DNA of 63,366 nucleotides, counting the filler, from Ministeria vibrans ATCC 50519 (taxonomy: Eukaryota; Protista; Filasterea), in assembly GCA_943704425.1 (NCBI GenBank). It is 5 parts of 5 records of this genome, joined end to end, with 100 filler letters (N's around TTAATTAATTAA, not from the genome) between each part and the next. Parts side by side here need not be neighbours in the genome. Positions count along the whole stretch, not along the records: positions 58,255 to 63,366 come from CALSCP010000981.1; 4 more parts are not named here. One strand, written 5' to 3'. The translations under genes and the position numbers were made by a program. This document shows, piece by piece, positions 61,201 to 63,366 of the stretch. Each line of letters begins with the position of its first letter. The first letter of the stretch is position 1. The notes beneath the pieces were generated by a model. It did not search any database and was not told the origin of the DNA. It worked only from the letters and a program-made list of their open reading frames with translations.

Positions 61201-63366
61201 TGCACAGACGTCAGACCCGCCAAACCCGTACACACGTCGAGAAGAGCTCCATTGCCATGGATAGTGACCGTGTTTACGTCAGTAAGAGTCGCAATGCCAT
61301 TGAGCGACACAAGCGAGCTCATGTTGGCCGCCGTGAGTGTACTCAGGGAGGTCGTGGTCGGTGCCAAGATAGAGTCGAGGCTTGTAAACACACCAGCGGC
61401 GTCCAAGTATAGCGCATCAGTTACTTCCGTCCCGCCCAGAGCGCTCACATTCGCCAACACATCGTTTTGCACGAGACGCACGGTGTGTGCACTCACAACA
61501 CTGGACAGACCACTGAGCGTGGTCAGGGACGAGCAATGCGACACTTCAAGTGTGCCAGAGATGGTCACTGACACAGAACCGAGTGCCGCGAGTGACACAA
61601 GCAGCGGATTTGCCGTGATGATGAGCGACGGGACCACACCCGCCGAGACTGAGCGACGTCGTCCGCCCCCGACACTACCAAGATGATCCAGTTGAAGTCC
61701 ATTCAATGACACCAACTGGGGATTGTCAGAAATCTCCAGTCCACCCGTGAGGTTCTTGAGCGAACCCAGAGTCGTCAAGTCGGTCAAATTGGTGAGTCCA
61801 CTTAGCACAAGAGTTCCCTCAACTTCTTCAACTCCATTCAGCGCTGCCAATGGGTCCATACCATCCTCGCCATCACGAACGACAAGATCACCAATCACCT
61901 TGCGACATCCACGGTAGGCGGACAAGCGCGCGCGCCACGATGCATAGCCAGAGGGAAGACCACGCGATCCAGAGGCACCGCGACAGTCGCGTTCACAGAG
62001 CGCACCCCACGTATTGGCAAGACAGGCACACTGAAAGGTGAGCGCCGTCACATTGTCCGAACACACGCCGCCATTCTGACAGGGCGACGAAGCACACAGG
62101 GTCGCATCAATCTCACATAGATCCCCAACGAAGTGAGGGCGGCAGGAACAGGCAAACCGATCGAGATTCGGCTGACGACACGTGCCTCCATTCTGACACG
62201 GAGACGACGCACACTCGTTCAAGTCAACCTCGCAACGCAACCCTGTCCAGCCAGCGGCACACGAGCACAAAAAGGAACCAAGTGCCGAAGAATTAGTGGA
62301 GCACACACCACCGTTGATGCACGGCGACGATGCACACTCATCTATGTCCTCACTGCACGACACGCCTGTGCGGCCTACCTCACACCTACACACATATCCA
62401 TCCACAACAGAGGTACACGTCGCCGAGGTGAAGCACGGTGACGAAGCACACTCGTCAATGTCGATTGCGCAATCATCGCCAGTAAACCCACTGACACACT
62501 CGCACGTGTGTGTGCCAACTTGGTCCAGGCAGGTGGCGCCGTTGGAACAGGGCGAAGACGCACACTCATTGAGGTCCGTCTCGCACACGACGCCTGTGTA
62601 GCCAGACGCACAGTCACACTCAAACGGCGAGGAGGGAATCAGGCGAGGCGCAATCTGCAGTCGTCCCGTCATGCTTGGATGAATCTCACACGCGTAGTCG
62701 ATGGTACCCGACCTATTTACAAGTAGACTGTAGTTTTCGCCAACGGCAATGATACCGGAGGCAAGAGTCGCGACCGAAGAGGCATTGCCCAACAAAGTGT
62801 GATTTGTGTCCGAGACAATCCACACCACAGTGTCACCCACCGTAGCGTTGGTCACCACAGGGAAAGGACCACATGCCAAACACCAGGGAATGGTGTGAGT
62901 CACCGGTTGAGACACAAGGGACATACACGTTCCGGCATGTGCACACGGGGTTGACGCGCACTGATTGATCTGTGTCTCACAGAGGTTTCCTGTCGAGTGA
63001 TCATGGCAAGTGCACGTGAACGTGCCTGCACCCAAATTTGCCACGCAACTGCCCTCGTGATGGCACGGCGACGAAACACACGCATCAAACAGTTCGCACA
63101 AGAGACCCGACCCGCCTGGACGACAAGTGCAGTTAAACTCACCGGCACCCAAATGCGGCGTGTCGAAACACGTACCGCCGTCGGTGCATGGTGACGAGGC
63201 ACAGCCACGAATGTCACTCTCGCAAAGTTCCCCAGTGTAGGACTCAGCACACACACACAGGTAACCATCTAATCCGTCGGCACACGTGGCACCATTCTGG
63301 CACGGAGACGACGCACACTCATCCACGTTCAGCTCACAAAGCGCACCCGTATATCCCACAGAACAT
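58255..63366 (-). CDS. Adhesion GPCR: at least 9 EGF (one hosting a cupredoxin), receptor-L domains, GAIN/GPS, 7TM; both ends incomplete; intron ~60182-60314
   Basis: GPS CVYWD...WSEEGC...CRCFHL/TSFALL; TM1 LTYLGCALSMLG, TM3 CRAMGTLIYYF, TM4 GWGVP, ECL2 CWI, TM7 LNSTQGFLLF. Confidence 0.93.

Overview
Compact, intron-containing eukaryotic genomic DNA (GT-AG introns, AT-rich and microsatellite-rich introns, GC-richer exons). It is split by four 100-bp artificial linkers (N44-TTAATTAATTAA-N44). The gene content suggests a flagellated unicellular relative of animals (holozoan); this is inference from an animal-type chitin synthase, SRCR/EGF receptors, an adhesion GPCR, CEP76 and HAUS7. Housekeeping genes recognised: AHCY, VTI1, COQ9, NDUFA4/B12D-like, THOC5, CEP76, SWSAP1-like, RPUSD2-like, histone H3 (3' end), SOUL and an HD hydrolase. 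The most unusual content is three giant cell-surface receptors. (1) A 27-EGF receptor in which six EGF modules (1, then every fourth from 2 to 18) are split between Cys3 and Cys4 by a ~110-aa passenger domain, with a kinase-less Tyr-motif tail. (2) An 11xSRCR + blue-copper + 43xEGF + ZU5-like receptor. (3) An adhesion GPCR with a blue-copper domain inserted at the same Cys3/Cys4 site of an EGF, plus receptor-L domains. Other notable observations: a complete M1 aminopeptidase gene inside intron 2 of the chitin synthase on the same strand (possibly an assembly artefact), a histone stem-loop followed by an HDE-like AAAGAG, reverse-complementary introns flanking an 11-kb exon, a PH-Rab fusion lacking prenylation cysteines, several bacterial-type genes with introns, and a dispersed ~120-bp element. 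All family assignments are by eye; no database search was run.
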